From an uncultured delta proteobacterium (lineage in GTDB: Bacteria > Myxococcota_A > Polyangia > Polyangiales > Houyiibacteriaceae), in assembly GCA_963699755.1 (NCBI GenBank), contig CAVOVB010000007.1:371814-435813 (forward strand): DNA of 64,000 bases. Reading direction: 5' to 3'. Shown here piece by piece: positions 10,203 through 23,075 of this stretch. Made by a program: the position numbers and the translations under genes. The number at the start of each line of letters is the position of its first letter. Position 1 is the first letter of the stretch. The notes under the pieces are model-generated. The model did no database searches, was not told the origin of the DNA, and saw nothing but the letters and a program-made list of their open reading frames with translations.

Positions 10203-11072
10203 TTAGCCGTTGAGAGCTTCGGCGCCACCGATGATTTCCATCAATTCCTTGGTGATGGCGGCCTGGCGGGCCCGGTTGTACTGCAGGGTCAACCGATCGA
10301 TCATGTCGCTCGCGTTGTTGGTCGCAGAGTCCATGGCAGTCATGCGAGCACCAAACTCCGAGGCGACCGACTCGAGCAGAGCGCGATAAATCTGTACCTC
10401 GACGTGCATCGGGAGCAGCGTATCGAGGAGGGCGTCCTGGCCAGGCTCATAGATGAACTCCCCTAGCCGGTCGTCGGCGAGCTCGAGTGGCTCGATTGGC
10501 AGGAACGGCTCGATCACGACCTGCTGACTGATCGCGCTCTTGAACTCGTTGTACACGAGGTAGCAAGCGTCGAGATCGAGCGAGGTGTAGTCCTCGACGA
10601 TGTAGCGGCCGATCTCGCCTGCCTTGTCGGCGCTCAGATCCTCGAACACTCCGAGGAAGTCGTGCCGGATGTCTGCGTTTCGGCGGGTGAAGTAGTCCCG
10701 TCCCTTTCGGCCGATGATGCCGAAGCAGACCTCGCTGCCCTCTGCCTCGAGCTGCTTCCAGCGATTGAATGCCGCCTTGCAGATGTTCGAGTTGAACGCG
10801 CCGGCCAAGCCGCGGTCGCTCGTGAGAACGACCAGCATTACACTCTTCGGCGCACGCCTGGCCAACAAGGGATGAGCGTCTTCTTCTGGGCTGACACGCG
10901 CAGCCACCCCGCTCAGCACCTCGAGGGTCTTGATCGCGTACGGACGAAGGCGTTCGATGTTCTCCTGCGCCTTCCGCAAACGAGCACCGGCGACCAGTTT
11001 CATCGCGCGGGTGATCTTCTGCGTGTTCTTGACGCTTCCGATGCGCTTTCGAATGTCCTTGAGGTTTGCCAT
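10203..11072 (-). CDS. atpG: F1 ATP synthase gamma subunit
   Basis: 'RIGSVKNTQKITRAMKLVA', 'SDRGLAG', 'ARMTAMDSATNNA', 'YNRARQAAITKEL'. Confidence 0.98.
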   Translation of the reverse strand: MANLKDIRKRIGSVKNTQKITRAMKLVAGARLRKAQENIERLRPYAIKTLEVLSGVAARVSPEEDAHPLLARRAPKSVMLVVLTSDRGLAGAFNSNICKAAFNRWKQLEAEGSEVCFGIIGRKGRDYFTRRNADIRHDFLGVFEDLSADKAGEIGRYIVEDYTSLDLDACYLVYNEFKSAISQQVVIEPFLPIEPLELADDRLGEFIYEPGQDALLDTLLPMHVEVQIYRALLESVASEFGARMTAMDSATNNASDMIDRLTLQYNRARQAAITKELMEIIGGAEALNG

Positions 11073-11078
11073 GTCGGG

Positions 11079-12731
<1,653 letters not shown>

Positions 12732-12757
12732 TTTGCAAGGCTCCTGATTCGATGCGG

Positions 12758-13306
12758 CTACGGCGTGTTGCCATCCGCAAGCAACGTTTCCCTAAGCTCG
12801 CTCAACCGGTTGCTGATGCTCCCGTCGAACACCTGGTCGCCGACGCGTGTGACCACGCCACCGATGAGCGAAGGATCTTCCTTCTTGACGAGCACGACCT
12901 CTCGGTCGGTCACCCGCTCGAGCGTTTCGGTCAACCGCGCATAGTAAGCGTCGGCCAAGGGCTTGGCGCTGACGACCTCTACGCGAACGCGCCCGGTCTC
13001 GGCCTCTGCGAGCTGCTCGAGCGCTTGAAGCACGTCGTCGAGGTGCCCGAGGCGCCCCTTGTCGGCGAGCAGGCCGACCGTGTTCCGAATGAGCTTCGAA
13101 CAGCCGAGCTTCTCCATCACGGCATCGACGGCGGCCTTCAATGCGGGCCTTGGAATGACGGGATTGCGGACGATGTCGCGAAGCTCGGCGCTGACCTTCC
13201 AGGCATCGGATAGCGACCCGACGTCTCGCAACACGCTGTCCATCTCGCCCTGCTCGCGCGCGAGGTCCAACAGGGCCTTTGCATACCGTCGTCCGAGCGC
13301 GCTCAT
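12758..13306 (-). CDS. atpH: F1 ATP synthase delta subunit
   Basis: 'RRYAKALL', '[21 protein letters not shown]'. Confidence 0.95.
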   Translation of the reverse strand: MSALGRRYAKALLDLAREQGEMDSVLRDVGSLSDAWKVSAELRDIVRNPVIPRPALKAAVDAVMEKLGCSKLIRNTVGLLADKGRLGHLDDVLQALEQLAEAETGRVRVEVVSAKPLADAYYARLTETLERVTDREVVLVKKEDPSLIGGVVTRVGDQVFDGSISNRLSELRETLLADGNTP

Positions 13307-13986
13307 GATTGCCGATCCTCGATGACCTCATCGAGGCGATTTAGATACGCCTCGGCAAGCTGACTTTGATCTGCGTCGGTGGTTCGCTCGGTGAGCAACT
13401 CCTGCGCTGCAAGCACAGCCGCGCTGGCGGCCATCTGCGTCAGCTCCTTGCGAAGCTGCTTGATCTGCTGCTCGATCAGGAAATTGGTGTCCTTGCGCAT
13501 GCGAGCTGCCTTTTCTTCGGCCTGGGCAACGATGCGATCGCGCTCTGCCTCGCCCGCCTTGATCATCTCGGCGCGAATCTGGACCATCTCCTGGTCGAGC
13601 TTCTCGAGCCGCGTGGCGGTCTCCATGTGGCGCTTCTGAGCTTCGGCGCGAAGTTGCTGGGCCTCTGCGAGCTCTTTCTCGACTTCAGCGCGCTTCGCTG
13701 CGAGGGCTGGGTTGCCCTTTTTGGCGATCACCCAACCAATCAGGAGAAGGAGCACGGTGAAGTTGATGAGCGTGCCCTGGAACTCCCGGTCGCGAATCAG
13801 TGACGAGAAGGTGAGGTCGCCGTGGCCTTCGTGGCCATCGTGGGCGGCTTCCTCTGAGTCGACAGCTTTGATGACTTCTTCCGCGGCTTCGTGGACCTTG
13901 GAGCCCTGGCCTGCGTCTTCGGCCCATGCCAGGCCCGGCAAAGCCAGGAAGAGTGCAAACAGCGTCAGCGCACACGCGCGTCTCAC
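13303..13986 (-). CDS. atpF: Fo ATP synthase subunit b (with N-terminal extension)
   Basis: 'INFTVLLLLI' TM followed by long coiled coil; position before atpH. Confidence 0.85.
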   Translation of the reverse strand: MRRACALTLFALFLALPGLAWAEDAGQGSKVHEAAEEVIKAVDSEEAAHDGHEGHGDLTFSSLIRDREFQGTLINFTVLLLLIGWVIAKKGNPALAAKRAEVEKELAEAQQLRAEAQKRHMETATRLEKLDQEMVQIRAEMIKAGEAERDRIVAQAEEKAARMRKDTNFLIEQQIKQLRKELTQMAASAAVLAAQELLTERTTDADQSQLAEAYLNRLDEVIEDRQS

Positions 13987-14450
13987 TGGACCTCCCGATT
14001 CAGCATCTTCGATGCGATCTGCTTGGCCAACGCCGGAACGGACTGCTCGAGCTCAGCGCGAAGCCGCTTCGCCTCTGAGGTGATTTTGGCGTCAGCCTCG
14101 GCGAGCTGCTTGTCGGTCTCCTCGCGAACACGGTCGAGCACGGTGCGCTCCAGGCGCTTGCCCTCGGCGCGAAGGCGATCGCGCTCCTCGCCGGCTTGGA
14201 GCCGTAGGCGGCGCATCTCGACCTCGAACTCCTCGCTCTCGGCGGAGGCCTCGTCTTGAAGACGAAGCGCCTCGAGCTTCGCGCCCTCGATGGCGTTCTC
14301 GCGCGCTTCGAAAAGCGCGACCATCGGACGGAAAATCAGGGGCCGGAAAACAAGGAAGGCAAGAGCGAACAGGACGAGCTGAACCAGAATCGTACCGTCG
14401 AGGTCGATGATGGAACCCTCAGACAAAAGGGCTGTGAAAAGCACGTTCAT
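13983..14450 (-). CDS. atpF: Fo ATP synthase subunit b'
   Basis: 'IDLDGTILVQLVLF...LIFRPM...RENAI' b' signature; start estimated. Confidence 0.85.
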   Translation of the reverse strand: MNVLFTALLSEGSIIDLDGTILVQLVLFALAFLVFRPLIFRPMVALFEARENAIEGAKLEALRLQDEASAESEEFEVEMRRLRLQAGEERDRLRAEGKRLERTVLDRVREETDKQLAEADAKITSEAKRLRAELEQSVPALAKQIASKMLNREVQ

Positions 14451-14730
14451 CGCAGCGGTATTCCCGTCTCGGACCAAAAGGCCCTGCAGGAAAGAAACTC
14501 CAACTGGAGACAATCTCCAAACGGCGCTTGGGGCCGAATCGCCGCTACGGCAAGGACGAAACCCCAGCGGCGCGCGTTCCTAGCATGGGCCCGAACCCAG
14601 TCAAGGAAGGTCGGGGGTCGTGTCCGCCGCGGTTCGGGTCGACCCCTGCAGGCCCTCGAAGACTCGGGTTCGGAGCGCTCGAACCGACCTCCTGGCCACC
14701 GGCTCGTTCTCTCGTCTGGTAGGTCATGAA

Positions 14731-14745
14731 GTGACGTTACGTCAC
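14731..14745. promoter_or_regulatory. Perfect palindrome, candidate transcription-factor site in the divergent atp/beta-barrel intergenic region
   Basis: GTGACGT-T-ACGTCAC. Confidence 0.4.
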
Positions 14746-14828
14746 GCGTTCAATCACCGATTCGGGGCGAATGAGCTCAAGGCCAGAAAGACAAGCCTGC
14801 CGCCCAGGGCTTGCTAGGTTGAGCGCGA

Positions 14829-15662
14829 ATGAGGCGGAGCATCCGATTCTTCGTTTTCGCCGCAGTTTTGGCGGGGCTCGTTGCGCCAGAGCGGGCCTGC
14901 GCAGAGATGCGCCCCGCCAAAGGCGCGCAGGACGAAGGATCGGATCTGCCGATCTTGGTGATGCTGATCGGCCTTGGCGCGCGGTTCAGGAACATCCATC
15001 TGGAGCTCGCCGATCGCGAAGGCGACAGCGCGGATCGGAGCTTCGAAACGGGGGCCTACTTCGACTTCGCGTGGCACCTGCTGCTCCGCCCCATGTCCCG
15101 CCGTTCGCCTCGAGCTTCGGTCCAGGCCATCGTTTTTCAGATCGACGGAGGTGCAGGGATCGGCCTCAAGGCCGAAGCGGCGAGCGGGATCGAGCTGCAG
15201 ACCAACACCTGGCGAATGCTGGGGCAGCTTGGCTACCTCTACCCGATCGGGCGTCTCCAGGTCGGCGGGTTGGCCGGCCTCGGCGGAGACGTGTTCAAGA
15301 TCGATCTCAACTCGATCCTCCCGTCCTCGAGGCTCCTCTACGCCCGATTGGGCCCGGCGCTAGTCTACGAGGTCGTCGCGAAGCTCCTCGGTTTCCGCGC
15401 CGACTTTGGCCTTCGATTTCCCTTCTCGTTTGGTGAGCTCGACGATGCGTTCGGAATGGACAGCTCGGGGATCGGTGTAGACGGCGCGCTGGCCGTCGAA
15501 GGACGCCTAGAACGCGGCTTCAGCTACGGGGTCCGCTTCGTCTGGGAGTACTATCGCTTGCGTTTTTCCGGCTCGAGCATGGAAGTCCCAGCGAAAGCCT
15601 ACGGCGGCGACGGCAAGGACCACGCGTTGACGATTCAGCTCCTGCTCGGCTGGTCCCTGTAA
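14829..15662 (+). CDS. Probable outer-membrane beta-barrel protein
   Basis: Signal peptide, alternating amphipathic strands, terminal 'IQLLLGWSL'. Confidence 0.7.
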   Translation: MRRSIRFFVFAAVLAGLVAPERACAEMRPAKGAQDEGSDLPILVMLIGLGARFRNIHLELADREGDSADRSFETGAYFDFAWHLLLRPMSRRSPRASVQAIVFQIDGGAGIGLKAEAASGIELQTNTWRMLGQLGYLYPIGRLQVGGLAGLGGDVFKIDLNSILPSSRLLYARLGPALVYEVVAKLLGFRADFGLRFPFSFGELDDAFGMDSSGIGVDGALAVEGRLERGFSYGVRFVWEYYRLRFSGSSMEVPAKAYGGDGKDHALTIQLLLGWSL

Positions 15663-16057
15663 CCGTCAGGGGAGGTATCCTCCGCAGAGCGCGGCAAAAC
15701 CGGCCGATCTTCGAGCTCGAGCACCTCGCCCATGACGCAGGAGCCATCGAAGAGGACCCCCTTCTCCATGAAAAGAGCCTGCGTCCGGATGTCGCCTCGC
15801 ACCTGGGCCGGCGCATGGAGCTCGACGAGCTCGGTCGCATGAATGTCCCCCTCGATTTTTCCGCCGCAGACGATCAAGCTGTGCACTCGAATCGCACCTT
15901 TGATGATCGCCTTTTCGCCGATGACCAGGAGCCCTTCGCTATAGACCTCTCCTTCGAACTCGCCGTCGATGCGTGCTCGCCCCTCGAAGAAGAGCTTGCC
16001 TTCGTATCGGGTGCCAACCCCGAGAAGCGCGTGGATGACGGTGTCCTGATCCTGCAT
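15635..16057 (-). CDS. Bactofilin (polymer-forming cytoskeletal protein)
   Basis: 'LLGVGTRYEGKLFFEGRARIDGEFEGEV...GDIHA...GVLFDGSC'. Confidence 0.9.
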   Translation of the reverse strand: MQDQDTVIHALLGVGTRYEGKLFFEGRARIDGEFEGEVYSEGLLVIGEKAIIKGAIRVHSLIVCGGKIEGDIHATELVELHAPAQVRGDIRTQALFMEKGVLFDGSCVMGEVLELEDRPVLPRSAEDTSPDGYRDQPSRS

Positions 16058-16182
16058 CGCGAGCTCGATGGTAGAAAGCTCGGACCGGAGGGTCAATGCG
16101 CACTCGTGGGGCTTGCCGGCCGCCGCAGTGACCCTAGCTCCACAGGGCTGGCGTCGTTGACTGGCCTAGGGGGTCGTGCTAG

Positions 16183-17685
<1,503 letters not shown>

Positions 17686-17697
17686 TGGGGCTCAGCG

Positions 17698-18126
17698 ATG
17701 GCGAACTCCGAATACCTGCAACTCGACGTGGTTACACCGACCGGCTCCGTGCTGTCCGCGAAAGTGGATTCGGTTCAGGCGCCGAGCGTCGAGGGCGAGT
17801 TCGGCGTACTTCCGAACCACCTTCCGCTCCTGGCCGCGCTCAAGTGCGGGCTTCTCGTGTGGGAGGTGGAGGGCAAGCGCAAGATCGCAGCAATCGGCCC
17901 CGGCTTCGTGGAAGGCGGTCCCGACAAGGTGCTCCTTCTGACCGACGTCTTCGCATCGCCGGAAGAGATCAGGCCCGACGAAGTTCGCCAAGAGCTCGCC
18001 AAGGCGGAAGAGGCCCTCAGAGCCTTCGACGAGCTGTATGAAGGCCCCGACTACAACGAGCTGCAACGCGACGTCGATTGGGCGCACGCACGGCTCGAAG
18101 CGTACGCCGCTTCGCGCGCGGTTTAG
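17698..18126 (+). CDS. atpC: F1 ATP synthase epsilon subunit
   Basis: 'LDVVTP', 'GEFGVLPNHLP'; follows atpD. Confidence 0.95.
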   Translation: MANSEYLQLDVVTPTGSVLSAKVDSVQAPSVEGEFGVLPNHLPLLAALKCGLLVWEVEGKRKIAAIGPGFVEGGPDKVLLLTDVFASPEEIRPDEVRQELAKAEEALRAFDELYEGPDYNELQRDVDWAHARLEAYAASRAV

Positions 18127-18160
18127 TCGTGTGCGGGGAATCGCTTGGAGCGGGATGCCC

Positions 18161-18892
18161 TTACGACGGCTCTGCTTCGGGGGTCAATTGGGTCCACTGT
18201 TCTAGGGCGGTGAGCGCTGCCGACTGCTCGGCTTCTATCTTGGAGCGCCCACTCCCTATGGCGACGTGTTCGTCGTTGAGCTCCAGAGCTACGGTGAATT
18301 CTCGTTCGTGGTCGGGCCCTTCGGTCGCGACCAGACGGTAGCTCGGCGTTCCTCCGAGATTTGCCTGAGCCCATTCCTGCGCGCGTGACTTGGCATCCCG
18401 CTGCCCGGGCGCGCTGGTGTGAATCCGCGGCCCAAAGACCCGGCGAGCTGCTTCGAAGGCCGCATCCGCCCCGCCGTCGCGATAGACGGCCCCGATACAG
18501 GCTTCGAGGGCACTCGAAAGCAGCCTCGGCTTCACGCGGCCGCCGGATTTCTCCTCGCCTTTCCCTAGCCGCATCGCGTCGCCCACGCCGATCGCCTCCG
18601 CCGCTTCGCAGAGGCCTTTTTCGCTCACCAGGTCGGCTCGCCGCCGCGTGAGCTCGCCTTCATCAGCATCGGGGAACTGCACGTACAAGAGGGAGGCCAC
18701 GACCAGATCGACTACTGCATCACCCAGGAACTCCAGGCGCTCGTTGTCGGTCAAAGCGAGGTCCGGCCGCTCATTTTTGAACGAGCTGTGGGTGAGTGCG
18801 TCGAGCAACAGGCTCTTGTCAGCAAAGGAGTAACCGAGCTCCTTGGACAGGCGGAGCGCCGCTTCTCCGAGTGGCTCATCGCGATTGGACAT
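18161..18892 (-). CDS. rnc: Ribonuclease III
   Basis: 'ALTHSS', 'NERLEFLGDAV', dsRBD 'GPDHEREF...GRSKIEAEQSAA'. Confidence 0.97.
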   Translation of the reverse strand: MSNRDEPLGEAALRLSKELGYSFADKSLLLDALTHSSFKNERPDLALTDNERLEFLGDAVVDLVVASLLYVQFPDADEGELTRRRADLVSEKGLCEAAEAIGVGDAMRLGKGEEKSGGRVKPRLLSSALEACIGAVYRDGGADAAFEAARRVFGPRIHTSAPGQRDAKSRAQEWAQANLGGTPSYRLVATEGPDHEREFTVALELNDEHVAIGSGRSKIEAEQSAALTALEQWTQLTPEAEPS

Positions 18893-18959
18893 CGACGCCA
18901 ACCTATCAGTCAACTCGGGGCCGATCCATAGCCAAGCGGCGCCATGCTATACGCGCGCG

Positions 18960-19505
18960 GTGGACTTTCCCCCAGAGGAGTTGGAAACGACGCGGCTCCG
19001 TCTGCGGCGCCCGACCATCGAGGATGCGGAAGCGGCGTTCGAATCGTACGCCGGCGATCCGAAGATAACCTACTACATGACCTGGTCGCCGCACAGCAGC
19101 GCTGCACAGACACGGGAGTTCTTTCAACAGACCATCGATGCCTGGGACTTGCGCATGGGGCATCGGGTCTGGCTGATCGAGCGGAAAGGCGATGGTGTGC
19201 TGATGGGGACGATCGGATGCACCGTGCTCCTACACCGCGTGGAGGTCGGCTTCGCACTTGGGAGTCGCTTCTGGGGAAAGGGATACATGCCCGAGGCCCT
19301 GGCCAAGGTCTGCGAAGCGGCATTCGCCGACGAGCGGATCGCACGGGTTCAGGCGCTCTGCGACGAAGAGAACAGGCAATCCTCGCGGGTGATGCAGAAG
19401 GTCGGAATGCGATACGAAGGCCGGCTTCGAAAGTATGGCTGGCATCCGAATCGCTCGGAGCATCCCCGCGACTGCCTGATGTATTCATTGGTTCGCGGCG
19501 ATTGA
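18960..19505 (+). CDS. GNAT N-acetyltransferase (RimJ/RimL type)
   Basis: 'LETTRLRLR', 'FWGKGYMPEA', 'NRQSSRVMQKVGMRYEG'. Confidence 0.88.
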   Translation: MDFPPEELETTRLRLRRPTIEDAEAAFESYAGDPKITYYMTWSPHSSAAQTREFFQQTIDAWDLRMGHRVWLIERKGDGVLMGTIGCTVLLHRVEVGFALGSRFWGKGYMPEALAKVCEAAFADERIARVQALCDEENRQSSRVMQKVGMRYEGRLRKYGWHPNRSEHPRDCLMYSLVRGD

Positions 19506-19538
19506 AACGCTGATCGAAGCGACTATGCTCCGCCAGCG

Positions 19539-20447
19539 ATGCGCATGCTGACGACCGTAGCGGACCAGGCTGAGGCCAAGACCCTGGGCGATGCGCTCTA
19601 TTCAGACGGCATAGTCACGACGCTCAAGGAAACGCGTGACGGTTCGATTGCGATTTGGGTCCATGACGAAGAGCAGATGGAGCAGGCCCGAGCCTTTCTG
19701 AACGGCTTTGATCCAAGCTCGAGTCGAGTCGCCGAGATGGCGAAGAGGGCTCGCGCCCAGCGCAAGCAAGAAGCCAAGGCCGACGAGCGACTCCGGATAC
19801 GTACCGAGAAAGTTCGCCAGCAGATCGAAGCGAAGCAAAACATGCGGATCGGGACGGTGACGACCGGCCTGATCGCCATCTGCGTCGTCGTGTTCTTTCT
19901 GACCGACATGGGCAAGAACGTGAGCGTGGTCGGGTATTTCACATTCGTTCCGCCGGTGCCGGCGCGCGGCGGCCTAGTCTGGGGCGACGTGAGCGCGATC
20001 TGGCAAGGGCAGCCCTGGCGCCTGTTCACGCCGATGCTCCTGCACTTCGGCTTCATGCACATCCTCTTCAACATGTGGTGGTTGAAAGACCTCGGCACCG
20101 CGATCGAGCGTGTGTTCTCGGCGCGCTACCTACTCGTCTTCGTCCTCGTGACCGCGGCATTTTCGCACGTCCTCGAGTACGCCATGTCCGGCCCCACGAC
20201 CTTCGGCGGCATGTCCGGCGTGGTCTATAGCCTCTTTGCCTTCATCTGGATCCGGGGCCGCCTAGACCCGAGCTTCCCCTACCGAATGCCGCAGCAACTG
20301 GTGACCTTCATGCTGATCTGGCTGGGGCTTGGTTTCACTGGATGGGTCGGGCCGATTGCGAACTGGGTACACACCGGCGGGCTGCTGGTAGGCGCGGTCT
20401 GGGGGGTGCTTTCGTCGGGATACATCCAGCGCAGACTCGGTCACTGA
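19539..20447 (+). CDS. Rhomboid intramembrane serine protease (GlpG-like)
   Basis: 'QPWRLFTP', 'HILFN', catalytic 'GMSG', 'HTGGLLVG'. Confidence 0.92.
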   Translation: MRMLTTVADQAEAKTLGDALYSDGIVTTLKETRDGSIAIWVHDEEQMEQARAFLNGFDPSSSRVAEMAKRARAQRKQEAKADERLRIRTEKVRQQIEAKQNMRIGTVTTGLIAICVVVFFLTDMGKNVSVVGYFTFVPPVPARGGLVWGDVSAIWQGQPWRLFTPMLLHFGFMHILFNMWWLKDLGTAIERVFSARYLLVFVLVTAAFSHVLEYAMSGPTTFGGMSGVVYSLFAFIWIRGRLDPSFPYRMPQQLVTFMLIWLGLGFTGWVGPIANWVHTGGLLVGAVWGVLSSGYIQRRLGH

Positions 20448-20464
20448 CACTGACGCCGACACTC

Positions 20465-21094
20465 TCAGAACAGTGGCATCAGCGGAGCATAGCTCCGCTC
20501 CCGGTCTCCCCGGATATCATCCAAGACCCGCTCAATCGCCACCCTGCCCTCCCGCTCGATCATCCGTTCGTTGTGCGAGACGACCGAGGCGGCGACGCTT
20601 TGCGCCGGCTTCTGCTCTTTCAGCTTCTGCAGATCGATGTCGAAGATGTTGCGGTAGTGCGGTGGGTCTTGTGCCCGGATTTCTTCGAGGAGGGATCTGC
20701 GGACGAGTTGGACGGTGGGGTCGGGAGTTTGTCTGAGGAACTGGATCGAGCCCGCGGATCGGGCAGCGTTTGGGTAGAACGTCGCGGCGAGAAAGACGCC
20801 AGCTTGCTGCTCTCCGATCGATTTCGCCCAGTCGGAAAAGGCATCGGCTCCTGCGGTGAATCGTGGCGCGATCACGAACGCGACTTCGACGGTTTGGTCG
20901 TGAGCCCAGCCGTCCAGCACCGGCGTTAGCTCCTCGGGGCTGCAAGACGCGCTGGTGACTACGTGCGCGCGGGTTCGATCCCCAACGTGCGCGGGCTTGG
21001 CCCAGGGGCAAACCGAGAAGCGTTCGATCAGCTCGCGCCGGTAGCGTTCGAGAAGCCGGAGCGCCTCACGGCGGAGTGCCTCGTGGGGATTCAT
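20465..21094 (-). CDS. Hypothetical protein (DUF1415-like 'CPWA' motif)
   Basis: 'LIERFSVCPWA', 'LRQTPDPTVQLVR'; ATG at 21094. Confidence 0.6.
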   Translation of the reverse strand: MNPHEALRREALRLLERYRRELIERFSVCPWAKPAHVGDRTRAHVVTSASCSPEELTPVLDGWAHDQTVEVAFVIAPRFTAGADAFSDWAKSIGEQQAGVFLAATFYPNAARSAGSIQFLRQTPDPTVQLVRRSLLEEIRAQDPPHYRNIFDIDLQKLKEQKPAQSVAASVVSHNERMIEREGRVAIERVLDDIRGDRERSYAPLMPLF

Positions 21095-21099
21095 CGAGC

Positions 21100-21576
21100 T
21101 CAATCCCTTGCCTGCGCGATTCGCCTGGAAAGGTATTCGTCGAGGTGCGGGACGATCTGCATGCCGAGCGCTTCGCCGGGAGTGAGGAACTCGGCCCGCA
21201 CCACCTCGCGGTTGTCGACCTGCACCTTTGGCTCGACGTCCACCTCGAGCTCGTAGATGTCCAGGGTGTCCTGGCGATGCTCGAAAACATGTGTGCCGTG
21301 ATAGGCATGGACCAATCTCTTGGGCTGCACCTGGATTCCAACTTCTTCGCGGAGCTCGCGCGCCGCGGCCGTCCTGCGATCTTCGCGCGGTCGGATGTAG
21401 CCACCCGGCAAGGTGAGCTGCGGTCGATAGGAGTTCTTCACGAGCAAGACTCGGCCATGGTGCCAGACCGCCACGAGCGCTCCCGTCGTCTCGGGTCGTC
21501 GAATGAACCAGAGAAGCCGCAACACCCAATGCGCTGCGCGATACACCGCCCTGATCAAGGCGTTGAACATGTTCAC
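21100..21576 (-). CDS. NUDIX hydrolase
   Basis: Nudix box 'PGGYIRPREDRRTAAARELREEVG'. Confidence 0.9.
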   Translation of the reverse strand: MNMFNALIRAVYRAAHWVLRLLWFIRRPETTGALVAVWHHGRVLLVKNSYRPQLTLPGGYIRPREDRRTAAARELREEVGIQVQPKRLVHAYHGTHVFEHRQDTLDIYELEVDVEPKVQVDNREVVRAEFLTPGEALGMQIVPHLDEYLSRRIAQARD

Positions 21577-21627
21577 AGGTTACCAAAAGAGCTCGGCGCA
21601 GAGAAATCCCTGCCGAGCCAGGGATTC

Positions 21628-23022
21628 TCAGAGGGTTCCGCCGACCCGTGCCCAGTCCCCGCGCCGGTACGCAACGATGCCTAGAAACATGCGAACCAGG
21701 AACGAAATGGGGACGGCGACCCAGATTCCAAACGCCCCCCAACCGACCACGAAACCCAGGAACCAGCTGAGGGGAACCTGGATGATGAGGGTGCCGACGA
21801 TGTTGATCATCAGGCTGGTGTTGGTGGCGCCTGCGCCGCGCAGCATGCCGACGAGCGCGATGTGGATTCCGACGATCGGCATGCCCCAACCGAGGACCCG
21901 CATCCAAAGTATCGAATAGCGCCCGAGCTCGGTTGGCGAATCGACATTGAAGATCGCGATGATCGGTTCCGCTCCGAAGACGATCGACAAGCCGAGAACG
22001 GTCATGATCGCGGTGGAGAGCAAGATACCCCCGTGCACGACTTGACGCGCCTCACGCTCATCACGCGCACCGAGCGCGTTGCCGACCATCGCCCCAATCG
22101 CCTGGGAAACCCCCAAACCCGGAACGAATGCCAGCGACTGAACCCTCAATCCGATTCCGTGGGCAGCGACCGCCACCTGAGCGACGCGCGACAACATTCC
22201 GACCACCGAAAGGAAGACGACGTTGAGAACCAACATGTCGAGGGCAGCGGGCGCGCCGATACGAAAGAGGTCCCTGGCGAGCGGCTGGTCAAGTCGCGCC
22301 AGGCCGAGGTATGCGCGGACGCCGTAGACGACATCGCGCCGGAGAAGGAACACCATGAGATAGACTGCAACGGCTTGCGAGATCACGGTGCCCCAGGCTG
22401 CGCCGCGGACGCCCATCGCCGGAAGGCCGAGGCGCCCAAAGATGAGCCCGTAGTTCAAAACGACGTTGAGGAGGTTACTCAGCAAGGCGATCATGAATGG
22501 CAGCATCGTATTGCCGACGGCCCGCAATGCAGCGGCGAAGAGCATGTTCAAATAGAAGAACACGGTGAGCGAAAGAAGTGGGCGCAGGTAGCTCACCGCC
22601 AGATCGCGTACGTCTGCATCGGCGCCCAGCCATTCCATCACGAGGCCAGCGCAGAGGTTTCCGACGATCGCAACCGCGATCGACACCAGATAGGTGAGAA
22701 GGATGCTTTGATGAAGAACGTGATTGATGCGATCGGATTGCCGAGCGCCGTGAGCGCGCGCGATGAACGCGACCGTGCCGACGGTCAGCCCGAGCATCGC
22801 CACCATCAGCAGGAATACGAGCTGGCCGGCAAACCCGAGGGCCGTGAGCGCTTCCTCGGCGTCTTCCAGGCGACCGCACATGGCCGTGTCGACGGCCAAG
22901 GTGAGGACACTGAGCAGGTTCAGGCCGACGATCGGCATTGCCAGATCGAAGAGGCGCCGGAAGATGATGCGATCGACGCCTCTGAATGGACCTGACTTCA
23001 TTCGTGGCGGGGGAGCCTGCAT
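21628..23022 (-). CDS. MATE family efflux transporter
   Basis: 'VDTAMCGRL', 'LRAVGNT', 'NVVLNYGLIFG..GLPAMGVRGAAWGTVISQ', 12 TM pattern. Confidence 0.92.
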   Translation of the reverse strand: MQAPPPRMKSGPFRGVDRIIFRRLFDLAMPIVGLNLLSVLTLAVDTAMCGRLEDAEEALTALGFAGQLVFLLMVAMLGLTVGTVAFIARAHGARQSDRINHVLHQSILLTYLVSIAVAIVGNLCAGLVMEWLGADADVRDLAVSYLRPLLSLTVFFYLNMLFAAALRAVGNTMLPFMIALLSNLLNVVLNYGLIFGRLGLPAMGVRGAAWGTVISQAVAVYLMVFLLRRDVVYGVRAYLGLARLDQPLARDLFRIGAPAALDMLVLNVVFLSVVGMLSRVAQVAVAAHGIGLRVQSLAFVPGLGVSQAIGAMVGNALGARDEREARQVVHGGILLSTAIMTVLGLSIVFGAEPIIAIFNVDSPTELGRYSILWMRVLGWGMPIVGIHIALVGMLRGAGATNTSLMINIVGTLIIQVPLSWFLGFVVGWGAFGIWVAVPISFLVRMFLGIVAYRRGDWARVGGTL

Positions 23023-23075
23023 CGCTCGCCATGACGGCGCCAGTGTTTTCGCGATGGTGCTAGTCTTGTCTGGCA

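Noticed and set aside
14588..14696. SRP (4.5S) or 6S RNA
   Set aside because: Lacks the SRP helix-8 motif CAGG..GGAA..AGCAG and looks too short for 6S; kept only as an unnamed structure.
20442..20468. CACTGA-like hexamer run between convergent genes
   Set aside because: Four degenerate units only; simple-sequence noise.
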